Assembly: GCA_041662665.1 (NCBI GenBank)
Contig: JBAZSC010000001.1
Coordinates: 1,511-65,510 of the forward strand
DNA from: Patescibacteria group bacterium
GTDB taxonomy: Bacteria; Patescibacteriota; JABMPQ01; JAQVVF01
Direction of reading: 5' to 3'
Length of the DNA: 64,000 bases
The notes below the pieces were generated by a model, which searched no databases, was not told where the DNA came from, and saw nothing but the letters and a program-made list of their open reading frames with translations. Positions 9,873-19,568 of the stretch are shown here, piece by piece. Numbering within the stretch: position 1 is the first letter of the stretch; each line of letters opens with the position of its first letter. Position numbers and translations under genes: made by a program.

Positions 9873-11342
9873 AATTTTCACAAATCTCTTCGGTATTTCT
9901 TCAACAAACCTAGATTCTCTATTCTTAATTGTACAAAGATAGAGAATTTTTTTTGCTCGAGTAACGCCAACATAAAAACATCTTCTCTCTTCCGACAATC
10001 TTTCTTCTAAGCTTGCATCTCTAATCACTTTCATAATTTCATAATCTTCTTTAACCTGTGGAAAGCCATGCCTGCCAGAATGAAGTCCAACCAGAAATAC
10101 AATATCGCTTTCCATACCTTTTGCGGAATGAATCGTTGTAATTGTGGGTACAGACGCGACGCTCGGCTTTTTCCGGAGAAAGCCGAGCGTCTTCTGGTTA
10201 AATCTCTCAATATATGGTGCCAGAACTTTCCAATTGCGACCTAGAATCATTATGTTTTGCTTCTTTATCTTTTTAATTTCACTCAACACAAATTCCACTT
10301 CTTCTCGTTTATCTTTTGCTTTAAAAACCAAAATCTTATTTTTAAATGGCCAAAAAGGCTTAATCTTTTTTCTATATTGCTTTTTATTTTTCCTAATAAT
10401 TTTAGAAGCAGAATTCACAATATACCCATCGCTTCTATAATTAAAAGGCAAAACAATTGATTCACAAGTCTCTTTATATTTCTTTTTAAAATCCAAAATA
10501 AAACCAATATTTCCGCCTCGCCAGCCATAAATCGCCTGCCAATCATCACCAACTACAAATAAATTATTATTCTTATTATTTAGCAAATCCAAGAATTTAA
10601 CTTGAGTAAAATTAACATCTTGGAATTCATCAACTAAAATATGTTTGAATTTATTTTGATAATGTTTTAAAACTTTTTTATCATTAACAAGCAATTCAAT
10701 CGCCTTGTTCATTAAATCTTCAAAATCAAAATAATTATGCAAAAATAGGTATTTTTGATAATAGCTAAAAATTAAAAATAATAATCTATAAAAATTCTTC
10801 GAATCGCAATCAGAAATTAATTTTGCTCTCTTGACAATGTCAGCTAAAGTCAGTGATCTTGATTTGCATTCTTTTATTATCTTAGTTACCTCTTCAAAAA
10901 ATAGATATTCAGGCCAATTATTCTCTTCTAAATAATCTTTATAAGCTAAAGCAAACTTTTTATTCTCGCATAATTTATCAATGCAAAATTTAAACATCTT
11001 ATCTTGATTTTTGTCAGTAATAATCTTAATCTTGCTCGCATTTCTAAAATTTTCACGTAATATCTTAAAAGCAGTTGCATGAAAAGTTGATACCCACATT
11101 AAATTTGCATTCACATCCATCTTTATTAATCTTTCTTTCATTTCTTTTGCTGCATTTCTTGTAAACGTTATCGCCAAAATATTTTCTGGATTAATTTTAT
11201 TATTTTTTACTAAATTAAAAACACGAGATGTTAAAACTCGTGTTTTGCCAGATCCAGCACCAGCCAAGCACAAAATATGTTTAGATTTAGAAGTTGAAGC
11301 CTGCAATTGTCCAGGATCTAATTTTTTTAAATAATCTAACAT
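9861..11342 (-). CDS. UvrD/PcrA/Rep-family ATP-dependent DNA helicase (compact, 493 aa)
   Basis: Walker A LAGAGSGKTRVLTSR near the N-terminus; helicase motifs (DEFQD, GDDWQAIYGWRG, VGVTRAK) present. Confidence 0.8.
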   Translation of the reverse strand: MLDYLKKLDPGQLQASTSKSKHILCLAGAGSGKTRVLTSRVFNLVKNNKINPENILAITFTRNAAKEMKERLIKMDVNANLMWVSTFHATAFKILRENFRNASKIKIITDKNQDKMFKFCIDKLCENKKFALAYKDYLEENNWPEYLFFEEVTKIIKECKSRSLTLADIVKRAKLISDCDSKNFYRLLFLIFSYYQKYLFLHNYFDFEDLMNKAIELLVNDKKVLKHYQNKFKHILVDEFQDVNFTQVKFLDLLNNKNNNLFVVGDDWQAIYGWRGGNIGFILDFKKKYKETCESIVLPFNYRSDGYIVNSASKIIRKNKKQYRKKIKPFWPFKNKILVFKAKDKREEVEFVLSEIKKIKKQNIMILGRNWKVLAPYIERFNQKTLGFLRKKPSVASVPTITTIHSAKGMESDIVFLVGLHSGRHGFPQVKEDYEIMKVIRDASLEERLSEERRCFYVGVTRAKKILYLCTIKNRESRFVEEIPKRFVKILTK

Positions 11343-11426
11343 AATTTATCGCTTCACTTGATTTATCTTAAATTAAATATTATTATTCAATATTCGCACT
11401 TTCACAACCAAGGAGGGAAAAAGAAA

Positions 11427-11858
11427 ATGCCAAACCATTCTCGCAAAATGAGAATCTTTAGTGCTGTCGCGCTTTATCCTCAATTCTTGATTTGGTTATC
11501 TGGATTTGTTTGGTCAATTCTATTTCTTATGTCTACACTCGTAAGTTACAATGATCTACGCTTAATTACAATCGGCAGCATAATTGTATGTATTTCATTT
11601 TGTTTTTTGATTTTTGGTTTTGAACTAAACTATCGTTTTATCAAAATTATTTTAATCATTATAAATGCAATTGCTGTTTCGCTGATTCTCTATTTTGTTT
11701 TAACTCATCCTTATTCTTTCGATGATTTTGGAGGAAAAATATTCTTCTATCCAGCATTTTTATTTCTCGGATTTGATATCTTCCTCGCAATTTCACTTTT
11801 TTTCATTCCCTTTGATCTGATCATCAATTATGTTATGACTATGCAAAAATATTTCTAA
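11427..11858 (+). CDS. hypothetical polytopic membrane protein
   Basis: ORF 11358..11858 trimmed to the ATG after AAGGAGGG RBS; four hydrophobic helices. Confidence 0.45.
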   Translation: MPNHSRKMRIFSAVALYPQFLIWLSGFVWSILFLMSTLVSYNDLRLITIGSIIVCISFCFLIFGFELNYRFIKIILIIINAIAVSLILYFVLTHPYSFDDFGGKIFFYPAFLFLGFDIFLAISLFFIPFDLIINYVMTMQKYF

Positions 11859-11873
11859 CAGGAGGGAAAGGAA

Positions 11874-12263
11874 ATGGAACCAGAATCAACAATCATCTGG
11901 CGTCAAAGAATTCAGAAGTTTTTTCTTGATATTCAAGAAATCATTTGGTTGCTTGGCTTAATCTGGTCAGAATTATGTACTATTATCATCATTCCAACTC
12001 AAGGAATTATTTCTTACTGCTTTGTTATTTGTGTGTATAGTTACATGATTCTGTCGATTTTTTCAATCTTCAAATTTTTCCACAGATATCTTAGCTTGTT
12101 TTTTATCTTAATCAGTATTTTTGCCATGCTTCCATATGCATTCATTCTTAACTCAATTCCAAAATTGCCAGTCAATGTTCCGATGTTCTATATACTTGGC
12201 TTCATTTTCTTTTTGTTTTTCGATCTTTGTATCTTCGTTTGCACGTTCAAATCAAAAGACTAA
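11874..12263 (+). CDS. hypothetical polytopic membrane protein
   Basis: 129 aa; AGGAGGGAAAGG RBS; hydrophobic. Confidence 0.45.
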   Translation: MEPESTIIWRQRIQKFFLDIQEIIWLLGLIWSELCTIIIIPTQGIISYCFVICVYSYMILSIFSIFKFFHRYLSLFFILISIFAMLPYAFILNSIPKLPVNVPMFYILGFIFFLFFDLCIFVCTFKSKD

Positions 12264-12283
12264 GCTTTTTGCCTAGTCTTTTT

Positions 12284-12372
12284 TTATCCGCCGACTTGTC
12301 CACCGACTTGTCCACCGAAGCTTTGCGGAGGCGGAAGCCTTTGCGAAGGTGGAAGCTTTAGCGAAGGCGGAT
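12284..12372. repeat. GC-rich palindromic intergenic repeat (tccgccgacttgtccaccgacttgtccaccgaag...gcgaaggcgg)
   Basis: same family as 1952-2030; internal tandem duplication of cgacttgtccacc. Confidence 0.55.
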
Positions 12373-12377
12373 TTTGT

Positions 12378-13271
12378 TTACTTTTTTAATTCTTTGAAAG
12401 TTAATGTCCAGAGATTATATTTGAAAGTAATCAATAAAGTTTTTATCGTTAGCGAAACAATTATTAACAATAATACTGCAAGAACAACGCAAATCCAAAA
12501 CAAAATTGATCCTAGAATTGCTTTAGTTAGCAAAATCAAAATAACAACTGGAACTGCAATCAAGAATATTGCCATAAAAATCGCAATTGAAACTGCCAAA
12601 TTTATGCCAATAAAAATTAATGCAACAACAATGGTCTGCCAGAAATTATTAATCAGCAAATTATAAGCTGTCTTTATTGATTCAACAATTTTATTATCTT
12701 TCAAAACAATTGCCCTCAAAGCATAATTTAAAATCAAAGACAGAAAAATTACTTCAGGCACAAAAATTAATAATGCTAGTAATAATAACAAAACTGCTCT
12801 GCCAAATAGTTGAAAATAAAATAACAATGTTACTGGCGTACCAAGAATTATAAATGACAAAAATATCGTTAGCCCAAACAGCAAAGATATTCCTAAAATT
12901 CTCCAGAAATATTTTTTGCCAATAATAAGTCCATCTTTAACATTAGTTTTAACTTGTTTATCAAGCTTATCAGCACAGCCAATCAAAGCGCCTTGTGAAA
13001 TTATTGATAAAATCCATAATGCTAGACCTATCAAAAATAAAACTGCCAAAATTACAATAATTACCCAAATAACATTTTGATCAATAAAAGATTTAAGATC
13101 TAAATTTTGAGTGTTGATTTGAGTAGTTTTAGGCATTGACCCCATATCAAATCCATTAAAATTCATTCCGCTTCCACCAGACATCAATGCAATAAATAAT
13201 CCAAAAAACCAGAGGAATTTGAATTTCCAAGTCAAACTTAAACTACGTTTAACTAAATTAATATAGTCCAT
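12378..13271 (-). CDS. hypothetical polytopic membrane protein
   Basis: 297 aa; 6-7 predicted TM helices. Confidence 0.5.
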   Translation of the reverse strand: MDYINLVKRSLSLTWKFKFLWFFGLFIALMSGGSGMNFNGFDMGSMPKTTQINTQNLDLKSFIDQNVIWVIIVILAVLFLIGLALWILSIISQGALIGCADKLDKQVKTNVKDGLIIGKKYFWRILGISLLFGLTIFLSFIILGTPVTLLFYFQLFGRAVLLLLLALLIFVPEVIFLSLILNYALRAIVLKDNKIVESIKTAYNLLINNFWQTIVVALIFIGINLAVSIAIFMAIFLIAVPVVILILLTKAILGSILFWICVVLAVLLLIIVSLTIKTLLITFKYNLWTLTFKELKK

Positions 13272-13279
13272 ATTTTTAA

Positions 13280-13455
13280 CTTAAGAATCAATTTTCTTCA
13301 GCAAATCTGCACGACTAGAACTAAAGTTCTCCGAACCCCAGCTGAAGCTGGGTCATAACCGAAATTACTACCCAACTTTAGTTGGGGTTAGTGCAACTTT
13401 AGTTGCAGAACGGCTGCGGCCTGGAAGACAATTCAAATTTATTTTTTTTGCGATT
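13280..13455. repeat. series of hairpins downstream of ftsH, including ctacccaactttagttggggtt shared with the gyrA 3' region
   Basis: cccagctgaagctggg, cccaactttagttgggg, gcaactttagttgc palindromes; cccaacttttagttgggg also at 24465-24490. Confidence 0.5.
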
Positions 13456-13459
13456 AACT

Positions 13460-15280
13460 TTATTTATCTTCCGCCATCATTTTGTTAAACTCTTCTTTCT
13501 CGATAACTTCGTGATCAATAAGTGCGTTCGCGATTTTTTCAAGTTTAGCCTTATTATCAGTAATAGTTTTAGTCGCCAAAGCATTTCCATTATTAACAAA
13601 TCCTCTGACAGCTCTATCAATTTCAGCAGCAACTGCTTCAGAATAATCTCTTTGCTCGCCAATTTCTTTACCTAAAAAGACTAATTCTTCTTTTTGACCA
13701 AAAGTCATTGGGCCAAGATCAGACATTCCATAATCAGTCACAAGTTTGCGTGCAACAGCAGTTACTTGTCTTAAATCAGATGTTGCGCCAGTAGTTACAT
13801 CGCCAAAAGTTAATTTTTCAGCAACATAACCGCCTAATAATACTGCTAAATCATCCAAAAATTCAGCTTTAGCATGAAAATGTTTTTCTTTTTCAGGTAA
13901 TTTAAGCGTATATCCTGCAGCTTGTCCTCTTGAAATAATTGAAATCTTTTGAACTGGATCAGCATTTGGCAATAAATGTGAAATCAAAGCATGACCAGCT
14001 TCATGATATGCAGCAATCTTCTTTTCTTCTTTAGACAACATAAAACTTTTTCTCTCAGGCCCTAGCATTACTTTTTCAATTGCATCAACACAATTTTTCA
14101 TGCTGACAGTCTTTTTATTTTCGCGAGCAGCAGTTATTGCAGCTTCGTTCATTAAATTTTTTAAATCAGCACCAGAAAATCCAGGAGTTCGCTGTGATAA
14201 TACTTTTATATCAACATCTTTTTCTAAAGGTTTGTTCTTTGCATGAATTTTCAAAATTGCTTCTCTTGATTCCATATCTGGCAAATCCAAAACAACTCTT
14301 CTATCAAATCTGCCTGGGCGAAGCAAAGCTGGATCCAAAACATCAGGTCTATTTGTCGCAGCAATAACTACAATTCCAGAATTAGGAATAAATCCATCCA
14401 TTTCTGACAAAATTTGATTTAGCGTTTGCTCTCTTTCATCATGAGATCCGCCTAAACCAGCACCTCTATGTCTGCCAACTGCATCAATTTCATCAATGAA
14501 AATAAGGCATGGAGCAGTCTTTTTTGCTTTATCAAATAAATCTCTAACACGTGATGCGCCAACACCAACAAACATTTCCACAAATTCAGAACCAGAAATA
14601 CTATAAAATGGCACATTTGCTTCATTTGCAACAGCTTTTGCAAGCAAAGTCTTACCAGTTCCTGGAGGTCCAATCAACAAAACGCCTTTCGGAATTTCAG
14701 CGCCAAGTTCAGAAAACTTTTTTGGGCTTTTTAAAAATTCAACAACTTCCCATAATTCTTCTTTTGCTTCTTTTGCGCCAGCAACATCTTTGAAAGTAAT
14801 TTTTTTCTTGCCTTTTTCTGGCTCATATTTTTTGGCTCTTGATTCGCCAAACATCATTGCTTTAGAATTTGATTTTTGAATTCCTCTTGCCATAAACCAA
14901 ATAAATACGCCAACAAGCAAGAAAGGCAAAACAAAAGGCAAAATATTTCCTAACCAATACATTGTGCCAGATTGTTCTGAAACTATGATATTTACTTTTG
15001 CTAATTTTTCAGGCTTTACTCCATAATTATTTAAAGAATCTGTCAAAGATGTTTCTTCTTCTTTCTTCGTCTTTACGATCTTGTCATCAGATTTTTTGAT
15101 TTCTAATTCATTGCCGTTAATCTTTATCTCTTTAACCTGCTCTTTATTTATATCAGATGTCAATTGAGTCAAAGAAATCTCTTCAGTTTTAGTTAGCGGT
15201 GTCTTATAAAATGCAAAAATAGATGCAATTATCAAAAACACCAAAATCGCCAATACAAAATTTTTAAGTATTTTTTTCAT
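13460..15280 (-). CDS. ftsH: ATP-dependent zinc metalloprotease FtsH
   Basis: 606 aa; N-terminal TM, AAA+ Walker [18 protein letters not shown] zinc site. Confidence 0.93.
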   Translation of the reverse strand: MKKILKNFVLAILVFLIIASIFAFYKTPLTKTEEISLTQLTSDINKEQVKEIKINGNELEIKKSDDKIVKTKKEEETSLTDSLNNYGVKPEKLAKVNIIVSEQSGTMYWLGNILPFVLPFLLVGVFIWFMARGIQKSNSKAMMFGESRAKKYEPEKGKKKITFKDVAGAKEAKEELWEVVEFLKSPKKFSELGAEIPKGVLLIGPPGTGKTLLAKAVANEANVPFYSISGSEFVEMFVGVGASRVRDLFDKAKKTAPCLIFIDEIDAVGRHRGAGLGGSHDEREQTLNQILSEMDGFIPNSGIVVIAATNRPDVLDPALLRPGRFDRRVVLDLPDMESREAILKIHAKNKPLEKDVDIKVLSQRTPGFSGADLKNLMNEAAITAARENKKTVSMKNCVDAIEKVMLGPERKSFMLSKEEKKIAAYHEAGHALISHLLPNADPVQKISIISRGQAAGYTLKLPEKEKHFHAKAEFLDDLAVLLGGYVAEKLTFGDVTTGATSDLRQVTAVARKLVTDYGMSDLGPMTFGQKEELVFLGKEIGEQRDYSEAVAAEIDRAVRGFVNNGNALATKTITDNKAKLEKIANALIDHEVIEKEEFNKMMAEDK

Positions 15281-15346
15281 GAATTTATAAGTAAATTAGT
15301 AATAAGTAACTAGTAACTAGAATACAGTTTTTCTAATTACCAGTTA

Positions 15347-16390
15347 CTAATTACTAGTTGCAAGCATTTTAATTTTGTCATATTCTTTCAAGATTTGCAA
15401 CCCCTTAATTTGTCGCATTGAACCAGTTTTCGCTGTCCTCAAAACTCTCAAAGCTTCTTCCAAATCTAAAAAGCTAATATCTTTAAATTTCTCTAATTTC
15501 AATCTCAAAATCGCTCTTTGCAAAGATTTATCAAGAGCTAAAAATTCATTTAATTTCAAAGTATTTTCATCTAAGCTTAGCTCTGCCAATTTTAGTTTTG
15601 CGGTCCTTTCAATATAATCAAAATCATCTTTCAAAGTCTTTGCACTCTGGCAAATTGTTGATCTTAAATTTTTGTTATATCCTTCTTCCAAAAATGGCAC
15701 CAATTCATGCCTAATTTTGTTTCTTAAATAAATATTTTGTGAATTTGTGGAATCATTTCGATATTCCAAATGGTTTTCTTTCAAATAAAGCAAAATATCT
15801 CGCTTATAACAATTTAATAATGGCCTGATGATATTATTTTGTTCAAATTTAATTCCGCTCAATCCTTTTAATCCAGATCCTCTCAAGAAAAACATCAAAA
15901 TTGTCTCTGCATCATCATCCTTATTATGAGCAACTGCAATCTTATCTGCCTTTTCTTTAGCCAAAATTTCATTAAAATAATCATATCTAATTTTCCGGCA
16001 TTTTGCTTCCAATCCCTTATCTTTTAAATCTAAATCTTTAACCTCTTTAACATAAATTGGCAAATTATATTGTTCAGCCAGTTTTCGTGCCAAAATCATA
16101 TCCAAAAAAGAATCTTTTCCTCTCAAATTATAATTTACGTGCGCTAATACCAAATCAAAATCAAGAATATTTTGGACTTTCCTGTCTGCCGTAGTTTCAG
16201 CGAAGGCAGATAATTCATTACTTTTGACTTTAGATTTTAGACTTTTAATCTTACACAAAATATCCAGCAAGCATACGGAGTCGGGTCCAGAAGACAAACC
16301 TAAAATAACCTTCTCGCGAGGCTTAATTAAATTATAATCTGAAATTGTTTTTAATACTAGATCTTGCATAAGTAAGCGGTAGTTTAGCAT
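15347..16390 (-). CDS. tilS: tRNA(Ile)-lysidine synthetase
   Basis: 347 aa; PP-loop GLSSGPDSVCLL; TilS-type C-terminal region. Confidence 0.85.
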   Translation of the reverse strand: MLNYRLLMQDLVLKTISDYNLIKPREKVILGLSSGPDSVCLLDILCKIKSLKSKVKSNELSAFAETTADRKVQNILDFDLVLAHVNYNLRGKDSFLDMILARKLAEQYNLPIYVKEVKDLDLKDKGLEAKCRKIRYDYFNEILAKEKADKIAVAHNKDDDAETILMFFLRGSGLKGLSGIKFEQNNIIRPLLNCYKRDILLYLKENHLEYRNDSTNSQNIYLRNKIRHELVPFLEEGYNKNLRSTICQSAKTLKDDFDYIERTAKLKLAELSLDENTLKLNEFLALDKSLQRAILRLKLEKFKDISFLDLEEALRVLRTAKTGSMRQIKGLQILKEYDKIKMLATSN

Positions 16391-16401
16391 TAATTAGTGA
16401 A

Positions 16402-16548
16402 GTAATCAAGGTTTTGTGTTTCGGACCGTCGGACCGTCAGAACGTCAGAGCTTCGGACCGTCAGAACTTCGGACCGTCAGAACGTCCTACGCTCCGACGA
16501 TCTGACGCTCCGACGTTCCCACGTTCCCACGTTCTGATGCTCTAAAAT
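16402..16548. repeat. long GC-rich imperfect palindrome built from words (cgtcagaacgtc / ggaccgtc | gacgctccgacg / ttcccacgttc)
   Basis: left arm words are the reverse complement of right arm words; family also at 17044-17152, 43321-43400, 43545-43600, 43755-43850, 43895-43950, 50340-50440. Confidence 0.6.
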
Positions 16549-16611
16549 ATTTGACAAAAAATTTATATTGTGCTAATTTAGTGCTGGCTGTAAAAAAGCA
16601 CAGGAGGGAGA

Positions 16612-17006
16612 ACATGGTCGAAGAATACTTGCCATATGCAAAAATCTTGTTAATCTCTGTATCTACATTATTCGGTTCAATAGTATTTCATGAGCTTGGC
16701 CACATCATAGCCTATAAAGCATTCAAGGTAAAATTAGTAAAAATAGGTTTTGACAAAATTCCTGGTAGGTTGGAGTATGGTTTTTATGTCAGTTATCAGA
16801 AAGATGCCCAATTTTCAAACAGAAAGGACAAGATTGCAACCTTTTCTGGCCCTCTTCTGGAATTCATATTTGGAATTATTTTTCTAGCCTATTGCTTATC
16901 TGTACAAAATTCTTATGCTCTCCTCTCTATTATGCCAATTAGCAGTGCCCTTTACAATCTATCTCCATTTTGTCCAGATGGTTCACTGATCTGGAAAAAA
17001 GATTAA
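16612..17006 (+). CDS. small membrane protein with HExxH zinc-peptidase-like motif
   Basis: ORF 16551..17006 trimmed to the ATG after AGGAGGGAGAAC RBS; FHELGHIIAY motif; two or three TM helices. Confidence 0.45.
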
Positions 17007-17027
17007 TGTTCATTTTTCACGCCCATG

Positions 17028-17050
17028 CGTGATTTTTTTTATTTAGAGTA
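17028..17050 (+). terminator. rho-independent terminator
   Basis: cacgcccatgcgtg hairpin + tttttttt. Confidence 0.6.
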
Positions 17051-17152
17051 TCAGACCTTCAGACCGTCAGAGCTTCGGACCGTCGGACCGTCAGAACGTC
17101 AGAGCTTCGGACCGTCAGAACGTCCTACGCTCCGACGCTCCGACGCTCTAAA
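17044..17152. repeat. GC-rich word palindrome (same family as 16402-16548)
   Basis: cagaccgtcagagcttcggaccgtc...cgctccgacgctccgacgctc. Confidence 0.55.
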
Positions 17153-17162
17153 AACGAAAACC

Positions 17163-17195
17163 AGCGTTTTCACGCTGGCTCATAGTAATTTTTAA
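17163..17195 (-). terminator. rho-independent terminator for rpsA
   Basis: minus strand reads ccagcgtgaaaacgctgg followed by ttttcgttttt. Confidence 0.55.
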
Positions 17196-17213
17196 TTTCC
17201 GAAATTCCGAATA

Positions 17214-18437
17214 TTATTTTTTCTTCTCTTCAGTCTTTTTTTTCTTGTCAGCCTTTTTTTCAGGTTCTTCCTCTTTCTTCACGTCTTTCGTTTCATCAAG
17301 CTTTAGCGTTAATCCCAAACGGTGTTCTCCTGGTTCAATTGATAAGATTCTGAATTCTCGCTCTGTACCCATTGGTAATTCTTTTTTAGAATCAGCAATA
17401 TTGAATGGAAGTTCAGAAACATGGACTAATCCATGAATATCTTTATCAAGTTGAATGAAAATACCGAATGGCTTAACTTCTTTGACAATTCCCATAACCT
17501 TCTGTCCTACTTTATATTTCTTAACAGCTTCAATCCAAGGATCTTTTTGTAATTTCTTGATAGATAATGTAATTTTTGAATCTTCAATTCCGATGATTTC
17601 AGCTTTAATCTTATCACCAATCTTAACTAAATTTGCTGGATCATCAACTCTTTGCCAAGATAATTCAGAAATATGAACTAATCCTTCAAGACCATCAAAT
17701 TTTACAAAGATACCGAAATCAACAATTCCAGAAACTTCGCCTTCTACAACATCGCCAACTTTCACATTGCCAATTTTTTCTTTTTGCTTTGTGAATGCTG
17801 CTTCTTTTTCAGATATAATTAATTTTTCATCTTTTGGATCAGCTGTAACAATTTGAATCTTCATTTTCTTTCCAATGAAAGATTGCAATTTAGATAAAAT
17901 TTTATCTTGATCTCCGCCTTCAACCCTAGGATAATGCTCTGGAGTTAATTGAGAAACAGGCATAAAAGCAGGAATTCCAAATAATGTTGTTAATAATCCG
18001 CCTTTATTTGCGCTTTGAATTTTAACAGTAATGATTTCTCTTTTATCTCTTTTTTCATTTAATTCATCCCAAACTTCTTTCTTTGTTGCTTTTCTGAATG
18101 TTAATTCTAGAATATTTTCTTCATTTTCCATTTCCAAAATTGTTGCTTCAACTTCATCGCCAACATTTAATTCGCCATAAACATCCAAGCTTTCCCAAAG
18201 TTCTTTGCCACGTACAACGCCAATACCATATTGACCTAAGTCAATGTAAACAGCGTTTTTTGACATTTCGATAACTTTGCCAACCAAAGTATCGGAAGGC
18301 TTTGGGACTACCTGATTTTCTAATTGTTCCATAAGAGCATCCTGCTCTTTTTTTTGTTCGATCTCTGTCTCTTTGACTTTTTCACTGACAAGATTGTCAA
18401 GTGTCTTTAATTGTTTAGTGTTTTTCATATAGACCAT
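17214..18437 (-). CDS. rpsA: 30S ribosomal protein S1 (compact form, four S1 domains) with lysine-rich C-terminal tail
   Basis: 407 aa; repeated S1-domain signatures (GxV..V...GxFV.L..G..GLxH.SE). Confidence 0.8.
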   Translation of the reverse strand: MVYMKNTKQLKTLDNLVSEKVKETEIEQKKEQDALMEQLENQVVPKPSDTLVGKVIEMSKNAVYIDLGQYGIGVVRGKELWESLDVYGELNVGDEVEATILEMENEENILELTFRKATKKEVWDELNEKRDKREIITVKIQSANKGGLLTTLFGIPAFMPVSQLTPEHYPRVEGGDQDKILSKLQSFIGKKMKIQIVTADPKDEKLIISEKEAAFTKQKEKIGNVKVGDVVEGEVSGIVDFGIFVKFDGLEGLVHISELSWQRVDDPANLVKIGDKIKAEIIGIEDSKITLSIKKLQKDPWIEAVKKYKVGQKVMGIVKEVKPFGIFIQLDKDIHGLVHVSELPFNIADSKKELPMGTEREFRILSIEPGEHRLGLTLKLDETKDVKKEEEPEKKADKKKKTEEKKK

Positions 18438-18580
18438 TATAATTAGTTTTTATTACTTTGGCAAGAGATTTATATCAAATAAGTTAGACTAGTTAGACTG
18501 GTTAGAATAGTTTTGTTTTCTTGTTTTATTGCTTTATTGTTCATATGGTGTGAGGCAACAAAAAACAGGTCTAAAACCTG

Positions 18581-18856
18581 TTAAAACAAAAGTGCGTTTA
18601 CTTCATTCTCGCTCATCCATCGATGCAAACCAAATTTCCTCAAGAATCGCTCGATGATTGCGATATCAACCCTCGCCAATCTTTCCCAAAGTGAATTGTT
18701 ATTGTCAACCTTGACCAGATCAGCAATTTTCAAAATTCCTTTGCCTTTCAACACATGATTTCCATCTTCAGAAAGATTAAGTATTGTTACTTCTCTGAGT
18801 AAAGCTTCTTTTCTGTTTAATAAAGACAACGAATTCATCTGATCATCCGATCTCAT
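18581..18856 (-). CDS. hypothetical protein
   Basis: 91 aa; GAGGAGG RBS. Confidence 0.4.
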   Translation of the reverse strand: MRSDDQMNSLSLLNRKEALLREVTILNLSEDGNHVLKGKGILKIADLVKVDNNNSLWERLARVDIAIIERFLRKFGLHRWMSENEVNALLF

Positions 18857-18870
18857 CTTGTCCTCCTCTC

Positions 18871-19164
18871 TTAAAGCTCGGTCAGATGTTCAATCACTTG
18901 ATTGTAAATTCTTCGCAAATCGTATACTTGGCTTGTGATATCCTGTTCGAAATAGCCACTTGGACCATTTGCACAAAAAGTCAATTTCTGACCGTTTTCT
19001 TGCAGTCCAACGAAATAGCCTTCTTCGAATCGAATCACAAAGCCATTACCTTCAATTTTAGCAATGAAATCTACTTCTTTCAAATCATCGAAATATGTTG
19101 CATCATTGCCAGAAAGAAGAGTGATCTTGCCCGCAATCTTCTTCCAAGATGTAATTCTAGACAT
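18871..19164 (-). CDS. hypothetical protein (paralog of the next gene)
   Basis: 97 aa; shares GF[VM]IRF.(E)GY.VGL block with 19157..19474; 8-nt overlap with upstream gene. Confidence 0.45.
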   Translation of the reverse strand: MSRITSWKKIAGKITLLSGNDATYFDDLKEVDFIAKIEGNGFVIRFEEGYFVGLQENGQKLTFCANGPSGYFEQDITSQVYDLRRIYNQVIEHLTEL

Positions 19165-19474
19165 GTTCGCCTCCTCGCTGACTTTTCAAAACTCTCAATT
19201 CATTGATCGCTGTCTTGAAAAGATTGACAGCAGCCAGAGAATTCTCCAATTGCTCTTCCACTTCTCCATTAGGCTCGTAAGCTTTGTAATACAATGCAGC
19301 TTTTCTCAAGTGCAATCCAACGTTATAGCCCTTGAAACGAATCATGAATCCATCAATCAACTCCTCAGGAACAAATTCATTTTCATCGATTTGTAAAAAG
19401 AACTTTAAGTCAAAAGACGTCTTTTTGGCATAACAGACAACGCTAACTGCAATCATTTTCCAGTTCATTGCCAT
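19157..19474 (-). CDS. hypothetical protein (paralog of 18871..19164)
   Basis: ORF 19157..19510 trimmed to MAMNWK after AGGAGGG RBS. Confidence 0.45.
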   Translation of the reverse strand: MAMNWKMIAVSVVCYAKKTSFDLKFFLQIDENEFVPEELIDGFMIRFKGYNVGLHLRKAALYYKAYEPNGEVEEQLENSLAAVNLFKTAINELRVLKSQRGGEHV

Positions 19475-19510
19475 CTTTCCCTCCTGTGGCTCGAGTCTCT
19501 TGAACACCAA

Positions 19511-19539
19511 ATACTACCACAAACAAAAATTACTGTCAA
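19511..19539 (-). promoter_or_regulatory. sigma70-like promoter TTGACA-N17-TAGTAT (copy 1 of a duplicated module)
   Basis: minus-strand ttgacagtaatttttgtttgtggtagtat; near-identical copy at 20528-20555. Confidence 0.5.
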
Positions 19540-19568
19540 ATGAAATAAAAAAACGTATCAAAGATACG
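19540..19568 (-). terminator. rho-independent terminator
   Basis: minus strand acgtatctttgatacgt hairpin + ttttttt immediately after the 305-aa gene. Confidence 0.5.

Noticed and set aside
16402-16548. CRISPR array (because of repeated short GC-rich units)
   Set aside because: The units are degenerate permutations of the same words with no unique spacers of regular length. The two halves are mutually reverse-complementary (a hairpin, not an array). No cas genes are in the window.
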